Of a DNA stretch of 64,000 bases, positions 1 through 8,096 are shown piece by piece. Below the pieces are notes generated by a model. The model had not been told where the DNA came from. It was given only the letters and a program-made list of their open reading frames with translations, and ran no database searches. The translations under genes were made by a program, and so were the position numbers. Location of the stretch: assembly GCA_900544205.1 (NCBI GenBank), contig UQUG01000001.1:10612-74611 (forward strand). Direction: 5' to 3'. Positions within the stretch are counted from its first letter, which is position 1. The number at the start of each line of letters is the position of its first letter. Source of the stretch: an uncultured Collinsella sp. (GTDB lineage Bacteria > Actinomycetota > Coriobacteriia > Coriobacteriales > Coriobacteriaceae).

Positions 1-687
1 GGCGTCGAGGCCGACCTTCCGAAGCACCTCCGCCGCGTTTTCAAGGCGATGAAGAACGCCATCGACAACTCCAAGGACGCGCGCGGCAGGGGCGGCAAGG
101 GCGGCCGCCCGCGCAAGAAACCAGTTTCCGACAAACCCGAAACCCCGGTTTCGGAAAGTGAAAACCCTAACCTAACCTACCCTAGCCTGTCCTGTCCTGA
201 ACTGGATTGTGCTGAGCTGTCCTGTGATGGGGGCGATGCCCCCGCCGCGCCGCCCGAGTTCGAGCCGCCGACCCTCGACGAGGCTCGCGGTTACTTCGGC
301 GCCAACTGCCTGAGCGGCGACCCGGACGCCTTCTGGGCCTACTTCGAGTCGCAGGGCTGGGTCAAGGGCAACGGCCAGCCGGTGAGCAACTGGGGCGCCC
401 TCGCGCTCGACTGGTCCAGGCGCCAGAAGCGCATCGACGCCGACGACCGGGCGAGGGGCAAGCCCACCGCCTCGGAGGTCGAGGCTGCCACGTTCAAGCC
501 GACGAGGACGCCCGAGCAGACGAGGGCGGAGCTCGAGCGCAGGTGGCGCGAGGAATATCCGGGCATCGACCCGGCGAAGGTGAAGGCCCCGAGGGGGACG
601 ACCGCCGACCCGGTGGCGCTCAAGGCGTACCAGGACGCGCGGCGTCTGCTGGACGCGAGGGCCGCATGCGAGAGGAGGGCGTCATGA
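1..687 (+). CDS. Phage protein, 5'-truncated by the window edge; possibly replication-associated, with a Trp-rich C-terminal domain
   Basis: The frame is open from nt 1 (GVEADLPKHLRRVFKAMK...) so the gene starts upstream. C-terminal motif AFWAYFESQGW...NWGALALDWSRRQK resembles phage replisome-organizer/DnaD-like C-terminal domains. Confidence 0.35.
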   Translation, partial: GVEADLPKHLRRVFKAMKNAIDNSKDARGRGGKGGRPRKKPVSDKPETPVSESENPNLTYPSLSCPELDCAELSCDGGDAPAAPPEFEPPTLDEARGYFGANCLSGDPDAFWAYFESQGWVKGNGQPVSNWGALALDWSRRQKRIDADDRARGKPTASEVEAATFKPTRTPEQTRAELERRWREEYPGIDPAKVKAPRGTTADPVALKAYQDARRLLDARAACERRAS

Positions 688-926
688 GCTTGGACGCCGA
701 GAGGAGCGAGAACATGGGCAGACCGAAGGGGTCCGCGAGCATCTACGACGACGGGCCGCGCAGCGCCCGCTGCGAGACGTGCGGGTTCTGCGCCGTGAGC
801 GAGGCAGTCATGACGGCGTCTGGCGAGGGCCGCAAGCGGTACACGTGCATGCGCTGCCCCGACTTCGTGCACGCCACGCAGGGGCTCGCGAGGTGCAACT
901 ACTGGGAGGCGCGACATGAGGGCTGA
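684..926 (+). CDS. Small Zn-ribbon protein (CxxC...CxxC)
   Basis: ATG at 684 overlaps the upstream stop (ATGA coupling). CETCGFC...CMRCPDF. Confidence 0.4.
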   Translation: MSLDAERSENMGRPKGSASIYDDGPRSARCETCGFCAVSEAVMTASGEGRKRYTCMRCPDFVHATQGLARCNYWEARHEG

Positions 927-1149
927 GTCGCTGGACAGGCGCGGGGGCTACGTGCTCGTGTGCGGGCAGTGCGGCAGGCGGTTCCGCACGGCGTACAGGA
1001 ACCAGAGGTACTGCTGTGGCTGGTGCGAGAACGTGGCGCACAGGAATGCGAGCAAGCGGCCCGTGGACGTGTACCTCGGCGCGAGGAGCGAGAGGGGCCG
1101 CGAGATCAACGCCATGCGCGCGGCGCTGGCGGAGGGGAGGTGCGTCTGA
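916..1149 (+). CDS. Small Zn-ribbon protein
   Basis: CGQCGRRF...CCGWCEN. Overlaps neighbours, indicating translational coupling. Confidence 0.4.
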   Translation: MRAESLDRRGGYVLVCGQCGRRFRTAYRNQRYCCGWCENVAHRNASKRPVDVYLGARSERGREINAMRAALAEGRCV

Positions 1150-1310
1150 TGCGGGACGGTTACAGGCTCGCGTTCGGCGCGTTCGACAAGCCGGATACGC
1201 CCAAGGCGCAGGCGCTCAAGCCGCTCGAGGAGGCAGCCGAGGTATTCGGTGCCTGGCAGGATTGCGACGACATGCGCCTCAGCCCGATCATGACGGCGCG
1301 CATGGCGTAA
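1149..1310 (+). CDS. Small hypothetical phage protein
   Basis: The ATG overlaps the upstream TGA (TGATG). 53 aa. Confidence 0.3.
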   Translation: MRDGYRLAFGAFDKPDTPKAQALKPLEEAAEVFGAWQDCDDMRLSPIMTARMA

Positions 1311-1450
1311 CGCGAGGACCTTATCGACGAGTGCATGGACGTGGTCCAGGCGGTCGTCAACCTGCTCGACGCCGAGGGGTTCACGCAGGAGGACGTGGAC
1401 GCGGCAACCGAGCGCTGCAACGAGAGGAACCGAGAGAGGGGACGTTTGTG

Positions 1451-1753
1451 ATGGAGACTTTGGATCAGATCAAGGCCGACGCGGTCGAGGTGTTCCATTT
1501 CGACCGCGAGTGCAGACCGCAGGACAGGGCGCACGCCTACCTGGGGAAGTACCGCGTCAGGCGCGGCTACAACGACACGGCGATGCAGGTCGCGGTGACC
1601 GACATGATCGAGCGCGCCTACGAGGCGGGAAGGGCGGAGGTCACCGGCGCGAACCTCGTGCAGAACCTGCGCCGCCAGCTGACGAGCATCGAGGCGACCG
1701 TCGGGGATGCCATCGACCTGCTCGACGAGAGCGTAATGGGCGGACTGCGATGA
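1451..1753 (+). CDS. Hypothetical phage protein (100 aa)
   Basis: ATG with upstream GAGAGGGGA; an internal start inside the longer tool ORF 1016..1753. Confidence 0.4.
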   Translation: METLDQIKADAVEVFHFDRECRPQDRAHAYLGKYRVRRGYNDTAMQVAVTDMIERAYEAGRAEVTGANLVQNLRRQLTSIEATVGDAIDLLDESVMGGLR

Positions 1754-2055
1754 GTGACTCGAGGGTCGGCGGCTACCCGATGGGGGTGACCGACGCCGCC
1801 ATTGAGCGCCACTTCGGCGGGGCCTGCGAGCCTAGGATGTGCGGGAACTGCAGGCACTTCTGCGGCAGCGACATCCATGTCGACTACGGCTACTGCCACC
1901 TCGAGTTCGAGCGCGCCTACGACGCGGAGGCGCCCGAGCGCAAGGAAGGGTTCTGGCGCCTGGCGAAGTGGGCTGTGGCGTGGCTCATGGAGAACCTGCT
2001 GTATTGCGAGGACGAGTGCGGCGAGTGCCGCGACTACGAGGAGTTTGGGCTATGA
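1750..2055 (+). CDS. Cys-rich small phage protein
   Basis: ATGA overlap with the upstream stop. CGNCRHFCG...CEDECGECRDYE. Confidence 0.4.
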   Translation: MSDSRVGGYPMGVTDAAIERHFGGACEPRMCGNCRHFCGSDIHVDYGYCHLEFERAYDAEAPERKEGFWRLAKWAVAWLMENLLYCEDECGECRDYEEFGL

Positions 2056-2456
2056 GTGTCGAATTGCCAAGAGATGCCGAGGGACGAGAGATACCTCTAG
2101 ATACCGTGGCGCTGTTCAACCGTGTCGGGAACGTATATAGCATCGTGCGCTGGACATTCACCACGGACTTTGATTTGAGTGACGGATGGTCGAACAAATG
2201 GCGTGCGATTACCGACCGTGGATTTGCACTCGATCCGGCACTCGTGTACCTCACCACGCCAGACACATGGGAGAAGCTGGAAGAGGACTTGGGCAGGGGC
2301 GCGGACGCGCTGAATTATGAAGCCTGCGCCTATTTTGGCAAAAGCGCGTGCGACTGCTCATCGTGCATTGCCGACAAAGGCGAAACCTGCGAAAGGGTTG
2401 TTATGCGCGACATCGCCGACCGCATCCACAAGCTGAGGGGTGAGGGCGATGCCTAG
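2052..2456 (+). CDS. Hypothetical phage protein (134 aa)
   Basis: ATGA overlap. Compositionally coherent; no recognisable domain. Confidence 0.45.
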   Translation: MSVELPRDAEGREIPLDTVALFNRVGNVYSIVRWTFTTDFDLSDGWSNKWRAITDRGFALDPALVYLTTPDTWEKLEEDLGRGADALNYEACAYFGKSACDCSSCIADKGETCERVVMRDIADRIHKLRGEGDA

Positions 2457-2649
2457 CGATTGTCCCTACTGCGGAAAGCCGCATTTCAACTTCGGCGATG
2501 ACGAAGAGGGAGTCGAGATGTGGATAAATGAGCCAAATGACGGCGAGTATGTCATTGTTGTCGACCCGCCGTTCGCATGGAGCACCCCGATTAACTTCTG
2601 CCCGTTCTGCGGGCGCAAGCTGGAGAAGGTGAGGACTGATGTTGACTAG
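2449..2649 (+). CDS. Zn-ribbon small protein (CPYCG...CPFCG)
   Basis: Two CxxC pairs, 66 aa. Confidence 0.45.
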   Translation: MPSDCPYCGKPHFNFGDDEEGVEMWINEPNDGEYVIVVDPPFAWSTPINFCPFCGRKLEKVRTDVD

Positions 2650-2959
2650 CAACCTTGTGCCGTGCTTCGTCCAGTCGTTCAGGACGGACTCAAAGACCGG
2701 CTACGAGAAAGCACTGCTCGTCGGCGTTTTCGACAAGACGACCACCGATCTCGACTGCTGCATATCCTCGAGCAGCAGGGATACGGGTAAAACCTGTCAG
2801 CCGGTTGCCGTGGTCATGCAAGAGGATGGCCGGCCGCGTGAGGTGAACGTATCGAATGTCATCATCGACGACTCGTATGAAGTGTTCAACATGTACTCGT
2901 GGACGTTCAACGAGAACGACATAACCGAGCAGCTCGGGTTCCAGCGTAAGGAGGACTGA
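2639..2959 (+). CDS. Hypothetical phage protein (106 aa)
   Basis: ORF with locally lower GC. Overlaps neighbours in the operon. Confidence 0.4.
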   Translation: MLTSNLVPCFVQSFRTDSKTGYEKALLVGVFDKTTTDLDCCISSSSRDTGKTCQPVAVVMQEDGRPREVNVSNVIIDDSYEVFNMYSWTFNENDITEQLGFQRKED

Positions 2960-3144
2960 TGGACGAGATCGAGCTGAAGCCCCGTCCGTTCTGCGGTGGC
3001 GATGCTGAGATGCAGCAGGGCAAGTATCAAGGTCTGCGCACCTTCTACGTGAGCTGCTTGGGATGCTGCGCACGGACGGACCTCGAGTACGCCGAGGAGT
3101 TCGCCGCAGATCTATGGAATGAAAGGGTGAGCTATGTTGACTAA
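2959..3144 (+). CDS. Lar-family-like restriction alleviation protein (Zn ribbon)
   Basis: MDEIELKPRPFCGGDAEMQ...CLGCCA matches the LKPCPFCGG pattern of the Lar family. Confidence 0.5.
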   Translation: MDEIELKPRPFCGGDAEMQQGKYQGLRTFYVSCLGCCARTDLEYAEEFAADLWNERVSYVD

Positions 3145-3463
3145 ACGAGCGATGATTTCTCAGCCCATGGCCGGCAAGACCGACGAGGAGATCGCGGAGG
3201 CGAGGGACAAGGCGCACGCCAAGCTGCGCGAGATGGGCTACGAGTTCGTAAACACCCTGTTCACCGACGAGTGGTACAGCGACGAGGCCATGGAGGAGCG
3301 CGGCGTGGTGCGGGTCCCGCTGTGCTATCTCGCCAAGTCGCTCGAGAGCATGAGCCTGTGCCATGCAGCCTACTTCTGCAAAGGCTGGGAGAACGCACGC
3401 GGATGCCGCATCGAGCATGATGCCGCCGTCGCGTACGGGCTTGAGGTTCTGTATGAGGATTAG
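3134..3463 (+). CDS. DUF4406-family protein (nucleoside 2-deoxyribosyltransferase-like fold)
   Basis: ISQPMAGKTDEEI...FCKGWENARGCRIEHDAAVAYGLEV resembles the DUF4406 consensus (SGPMTG...GWExSxGa..E). SD AAAGGGTGAG sits before the ATG at 3134. Confidence 0.55.
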   Translation: MLTKRAMISQPMAGKTDEEIAEARDKAHAKLREMGYEFVNTLFTDEWYSDEAMEERGVVRVPLCYLAKSLESMSLCHAAYFCKGWENARGCRIEHDAAVAYGLEVLYED

Positions 3464-3692
3464 CGATGAAGAGCGCCGCGAGGCCGTAGAGTTCCTGCGC
3501 TCCGGCACGTGCCTATACTTTGCCGAGCATCGGAAAAGGCAGCTCGACTGCACGCGGTGCATGAAGGTGAGCACGATGCTTTTCGGCCACTACGATGCGC
3601 TTTGCGATTTGGACAGCTGCGGGACCGATGCGTGGCAAAGACTTGCCGACCTCATCGACCGCCCGAGCGAGAATATCGAGCGTCCTCGGTGA
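3453..3692 (+). CDS. Cys-rich hypothetical phage protein
   Basis: The ATG at 3453 overlaps the upstream gene. CLYF...CTRC...CDLDSC. Confidence 0.35.
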   Translation: MRISDEERREAVEFLRSGTCLYFAEHRKRQLDCTRCMKVSTMLFGHYDALCDLDSCGTDAWQRLADLIDRPSENIERPR

Positions 3693-3747
3693 GTTGGTCC
3701 CCGGCGCTTGATAAGGTTCTGCCGTGGCGGGCGAGCTTTAGGGGGGT

Positions 3748-4182
3748 ATGCGAATGGCGTGTAGGCCACCTGTAGAAGATGGGCCAAAAGGCCCATCTAC
3801 AAAGTCAACACATCCGTTGAGGGACGAGTTGGCGCTCCGGAAGGGGCGCTCCTCTTACGTCCTGTGGACGGACGAGATGATAAGGCGTATGCAGGCGCAC
3901 CCGGAGCGGACGGCGGCGGAGATCGCGGCTGAGCTGAGGGTGACGCCGAGCGCCGTGAGGCACGCGCGGCAGCGGTACGGGCGCTTTTCGACCGGAACGG
4001 ACGGTCTGTGCATCGTGTGCGACGCGCGGCCCGTGTTCGACACGTCGGCGCAGGCGAAGAAGTGGAGGCTGTGCAAGGGGTGCTATCTGGCGGAGCGGAA
4101 GAGACGGCTCGAGGAAGAGGCGGAGAGCAACCGCATACGTCAGGCCGCGCACAGACGTCAGAAGCCAGACGGAGGCGCTTGA
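3748..4182 (+). CDS. Putative phage late-gene transcriptional regulator (sigma-70 region-4-like HTH plus C-terminal Zn ribbon)
   Basis: TAAEIAAELRVTPSAVRHARQRYG is HTH-like, followed by CIVC...CKGC. Sits immediately upstream of terS. The true start may lie downstream of the 9-bp palindrome at 3776-3797. Confidence 0.4.
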   Translation: MRMACRPPVEDGPKGPSTKSTHPLRDELALRKGRSSYVLWTDEMIRRMQAHPERTAAEIAAELRVTPSAVRHARQRYGRFSTGTDGLCIVCDARPVFDTSAQAKKWRLCKGCYLAERKRRLEEEAESNRIRQAAHRRQKPDGGA

Positions 4183-4234
4183 GAGGCTGGCCGAGGCAAT
4201 CGGAATCAAGCCGACCAAGGTCGAGTAGCCGAAA

Positions 4235-4262
4235 GGCCCCGGGAAACCGGGGCCTTTTCTTT
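4235..4262 (+). terminator. Intrinsic terminator
   Basis: GGCCCCGG-GAAA-CCGGGGCC followed by TTTTCTTT. Confidence 0.5.
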
Positions 4263-4346
4263 AAACGTTACCCCCTTTTTACGCTCGTGGGCAAACGCAC
4301 GCGCTTGTCCACGTGCGTAAAAAGGTGGGAACGTTCGCGTTTCCAT

Positions 4347-4772
4347 ATGGCTATCTACCAGCGGAAATGTGATTTTGTGGCGGGAAAAGGGCGTGAAAAA
4401 CTGACCAAGGAGGGCATCGAGGATGCCGTCCGCCTGTGCCGTGCCGGAATGACCGACAGGGACATCGCCGCATATCTCGGGGTCGCACGCGAGACGTACA
4501 GCCGCTGGATCAACCACCCCAGAACAGACAATCAGCGTCAACTGTGTCACGTTCTAAAAAAGGCCGAGGTCGAGCGCAAGGCGACGCTCGTGGGCCGCAT
4601 CATGGACGCGAGCGGCGACAGCTGGCAGGCGGCGGCGTGGCTGCTCGAGCGCAAGTACCCGCAGGAGTACGCCAAGGCGCAGCGCATCATGGACACAACC
4701 GATACGGCGGTGCTCAAGGCCGCCAAGGAGCTGGTGCTGTCCGTGCCGTCCTCAATCGGCGGGAAAGAGTAG
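4347..4772 (+). CDS. terS: Terminase small subunit
   Basis: HTH-containing N-terminus and the characteristic DSWQAAAWLLERKYPQEY motif. Directly upstream of terL. Confidence 0.7.
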   Translation: MAIYQRKCDFVAGKGREKLTKEGIEDAVRLCRAGMTDRDIAAYLGVARETYSRWINHPRTDNQRQLCHVLKKAEVERKATLVGRIMDASGDSWQAAAWLLERKYPQEYAKAQRIMDTTDTAVLKAAKELVLSVPSSIGGKE

Positions 4773-4775
4773 CCG

Positions 4776-5972
4776 ATGCCGCTCACGAGGATGCAGCGCG
4801 AGTACCTCGCCAACTGCACGCACCGCTACAACGTGAAGTGCGGGGCGACGGGCTCGGGCAAGAGCTACGTCGACATAGCCGTGACCATACCGCAGAGGCT
4901 TCTCGCCATGAGGGGCGAGGGGCTGGCGGTGATGATCGGGAACACCCGCTCGACGCTCGAGCGCAACATCCTCGAGCCGATGCGCTCGCTCTACAGCGAA
5001 GACGTCGTCAGCCAGATCGGGCGGGACAACACGGCCCAGATATTCGGGCGCAAGGTCTACTGCCTCGGGGCGGACAAGAAGACAAGCGTATCCAAGATTC
5101 AGGGCGCCACGTTCGAGTGGGTCTACGGCGACGAGGTCGCCACGTGGAGCGAAGATGTGTTCCAGATGCTCAAGAGCCGCCTGCGCTGCGAGCACAGCCG
5201 CTTCGACGGCACCTGCAACCCCGACAGCCCGAACCACTGGCTCAAGCGGTTCCTCGACGGCGACAGCGACATCTACAGGCAGGACTACACGATCTGGGAC
5301 GGTGCGCTGGCGCCGGATGTCATCGAGGCCCTCATCAAGGACTACGGCAGCGGCGTGTACTACGACCGCTACATCTTGGGCAAGTGGACGCTGGCCGAGG
5401 GTCTGGTCTACCCCGGGTGGGAGGGTGCCCTAGAGAGCCGGTATACGGGCAGCGCCGCCAAGTACGCGGTGTCTTGCGACTACGGCACGCAGAACGCCTT
5501 CGCGGCGCTGTTGTGGGCGTTTGACGGCAAGGTGTGGCACGCGGTGGACGAGTACCGCTACTCGGGCCGCGACACGGGGCACCAGAAGACGGACGCCGAC
5601 TACGTGGCCGACATGGCCGACTTCGTGCGCGGGCTGGGCAAGCCGCCCACGTTCATCATCGACCCGAGCGCCACGAGCTTCATCGCCGCGATGCGGCAGG
5701 CCGGGTTCAAGACCAAGAAGGGGCGCAACGACGTCGCGGACGGCATACGAGAGACGGGGGTGTGCCTGGGCAACGGCACGGTGCGCATCTCCGACGCCTG
5801 CGCGGGGCTGATAGGCGAGCTCGGCGGCTACTGCTGGGACGCCAAGGCGGACGGCGACAGGCCTGTCAAGGTCGAGGACCACAGCTGCGACGCGCTCCGT
5901 TACGGCGTGGCAACACTGCGCATGTACAAGCCTGCGAAAGAGCAGGTAAACCCATTCTTTGGAGGGAGGTAA
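4776..5972 (+). CDS. terL: Terminase large subunit (PBSX-like)
   Basis: Walker A GATGSGKS, ATPase plus nuclease architecture, 398 aa. Confidence 0.9.
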   Translation: MPLTRMQREYLANCTHRYNVKCGATGSGKSYVDIAVTIPQRLLAMRGEGLAVMIGNTRSTLERNILEPMRSLYSEDVVSQIGRDNTAQIFGRKVYCLGADKKTSVSKIQGATFEWVYGDEVATWSEDVFQMLKSRLRCEHSRFDGTCNPDSPNHWLKRFLDGDSDIYRQDYTIWDGALAPDVIEALIKDYGSGVYYDRYILGKWTLAEGLVYPGWEGALESRYTGSAAKYAVSCDYGTQNAFAALLWAFDGKVWHAVDEYRYSGRDTGHQKTDADYVADMADFVRGLGKPPTFIIDPSATSFIAAMRQAGFKTKKGRNDVADGIRETGVCLGNGTVRISDACAGLIGELGGYCWDAKADGDRPVKVEDHSCDALRYGVATLRMYKPAKEQVNPFFGGR

Positions 5973-5976
5973 CGGC

Positions 5977-7401
5977 TTGTCTAAGGGGCCTTTGGTGACC
6001 GATGGCGACCTCAAGGCGGCGGCGTCGGCGACGGCGTTCGCGGCCGATGCCATCGAGCGGCACATGTCGAGCGAGATGTACCGCAACGCCGTCACCGCGA
6101 ACGAGTACTACCGCCAGCACAACGTCACGATCAACCGTTTCGTGCAGAAGATCTACTCGTGCTCCGGTGCCGAGGCCGAGGACTTCACGGCCTCGAAGCT
6201 GAGGCTGGCGAGTAACCTGTTCAAGCGCCTAAACGTCCAGCGCTGCACGTACTCGCTCGGTAAGGGCGTGAGCTTCGTGGACGTCTCGGCGGGCGGCAAG
6301 GACACGACCAAGGAGGGGCTTGGCGACCGCTTCGACGACGACGTCATGGAGATGGGGCTCAAGGCGCTCATCCACGGTGTGTCATTCCCGTTTTGGAACC
6401 TCGACCACATCGACGTGTTCACCGCCGACGAGTTCTGCCCGGTGTGGGACGAGTACTCGGGGGCGCTATACGCCGGCGTGAGGTTCTGGCGGCTCGACTC
6501 CGACCATCCGTGGCACGCGACCCTCTACGAGCAGGACGGCTACACGGAGATGGTGTCGGGCGGCAGCGGCTTCGACTTCGAGGTGGCCGAGGCCAAGCGC
6601 GCCTACAAGGTCACGTACCGGGAGATACCGGCGGACGGGATGAAGCTGGCCGTCGATGCGGAGAACTACTCCCGCCTGCCCATCGTGGCGGTCTGGGGCA
6701 GCGACGCGCACCAGAGCACGCTCGTCGGCATGCGCGAGAGCATCGACGCCTACGACCTCATCAAGAGCGGCCTGGTGAACGACACGCGCGACTGCGCGCA
6801 GATCTACTGGCTCATCAACGGAGCCGGCGGCATGGACGACAGGGACCTCGACCTGTGGCGGGCGAAGCTCAAGCTGACGCACGTGGCCGAGGTCGACGCC
6901 GAGCAGGGGCAGTCCGCGACGCCGTACACGCAGGAGGTGCCCGTCGAGGGCCGCAAGGAGACGCTGGCGCAGATCAAGGCCGACATCTACGAGGACTTCG
7001 GCGCGCTGGACGTCCACACCATCGCGGCGGGGGCGACCAACGACCATATCGACGCGGCATACCAGCCGATGGACGAGGAGGCCGCCGAGTTCGAGCGCCA
7101 CATCCGCGAGGGTATCATGGACATCCTCGCCCTCCAGGGCATCGAGGACACGCCCGTGTTCACGCGCACTCGCATCAGCAACACCAAGGAGCAGGTCGAG
7201 ACCGTGTGCCTGGAGGCCGAGTGGCTGGACGAGGAGACGATCCTGCGAAAGCTGCCGAACATCACGCCCGACGAGAGGGCGAAGATTTTGGAGCGCAAGC
7301 AGCGGGAGCAGGAGGAGCGCATGGCAGCGCTGCCGCCCGCCCTGGCGGCGAACGCGAAGGGTGCCCAGGAGGGCGACGAGGACGAGGAAGGTGATGAGTG
7401 A
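5977..7401 (+). CDS. Portal protein (SPP1 gp6-like)
   Basis: Size, position after terL, acidic C-terminal tail. TTG start at 5977 preceded by GGAGGGAGG; the tool ORF starts at an earlier TTG at 5959. Confidence 0.6.
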   Translation: MSKGPLVTDGDLKAAASATAFAADAIERHMSSEMYRNAVTANEYYRQHNVTINRFVQKIYSCSGAEAEDFTASKLRLASNLFKRLNVQRCTYSLGKGVSFVDVSAGGKDTTKEGLGDRFDDDVMEMGLKALIHGVSFPFWNLDHIDVFTADEFCPVWDEYSGALYAGVRFWRLDSDHPWHATLYEQDGYTEMVSGGSGFDFEVAEAKRAYKVTYREIPADGMKLAVDAENYSRLPIVAVWGSDAHQSTLVGMRESIDAYDLIKSGLVNDTRDCAQIYWLINGAGGMDDRDLDLWRAKLKLTHVAEVDAEQGQSATPYTQEVPVEGRKETLAQIKADIYEDFGALDVHTIAAGATNDHIDAAYQPMDEEAAEFERHIREGIMDILALQGIEDTPVFTRTRISNTKEQVETVCLEAEWLDEETILRKLPNITPDERAKILERKQREQEERMAALPPALAANAKGAQEGDEDEEGDE

Positions 7402-8096
7402 TGGCGGCATTGCAGGTGCTTGACGGCGAGCTGTGGCAGTGGGACACCGGGCGCGAGGTCGAGGTTGTCGGCTGCGAGCAGGTGCATTTCGCCAAGTCGA
7501 CCACGGGGACGTGCTACACGGTTGCGGTGGCCGACAGCAAGGCGAAGATTCCCGACGAGCTGCTCCAGGCGGCTGGGCGCGTGTACGCATGGGCCTACAT
7601 CACGGACGAGGCTTACGGCGGGCGCACGCGCATCGAGGCGCTCTGGGACGTAAAGAGGCGAGCCAAGCCCGCCGAGTACATCTACGAGCCGAGCGACCAG
7701 CGCACCATCAAGGACGCGGAGACGGCGCGAGACGAGGCCAAGGCCGCGCAGAAGGCGGCGGAGGCCGCACGCGACAAGGCTGTCGCCGCCGAGGTCAAGG
7801 GGGCACGCGCCACGACTCTTGCCTCGGGCTCGGAGGCAACGGCGGCGATGGAGGGCAACGTGCTGGTCGTCGGCGTGCCGAAGGGCGACGCGCTGAGATA
7901 CAGCGACCTCACCGCCGAGCAGAAGCGCGAGCAGGATTCGACCAAGGCCCTCGCCGACGCGCAGGCGGCGCTCAAGGACGCCAAGACGGCAGCCCTGAAC
8001 TACCAGTCGATTATCGACTCGGCGGCTGCCGTGACGGCGCTGGGACTCAAGAAGGTAAACGGCAAGATTTGCCAAATGCGAAAGGTAGGTGCCTAA
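7401..8096 (+). CDS. Hypothetical phage protein, Ala-rich coiled-coil centre
   Basis: ATG overlaps the portal TGA. No recognisable domain. Confidence 0.4.
   Translation: MAALQVLDGELWQWDTGREVEVVGCEQVHFAKSTTGTCYTVAVADSKAKIPDELLQAAGRVYAWAYITDEAYGGRTRIEALWDVKRRAKPAEYIYEPSDQRTIKDAETARDEAKAAQKAAEAARDKAVAAEVKGARATTLASGSEATAAMEGNVLVVGVPKGDALRYSDLTAEQKREQDSTKALADAQAALKDAKTAALNYQSIIDSAAAVTALGLKKVNGKICQMRKVGA

Noticed and set aside
1016-1753. 245-aa ORF as a single gene
   Set aside because: Arg-rich out-of-frame read-through. The region is better explained by several small coupled genes in other frames (916..1149, 1149..1310, 1451..1753).
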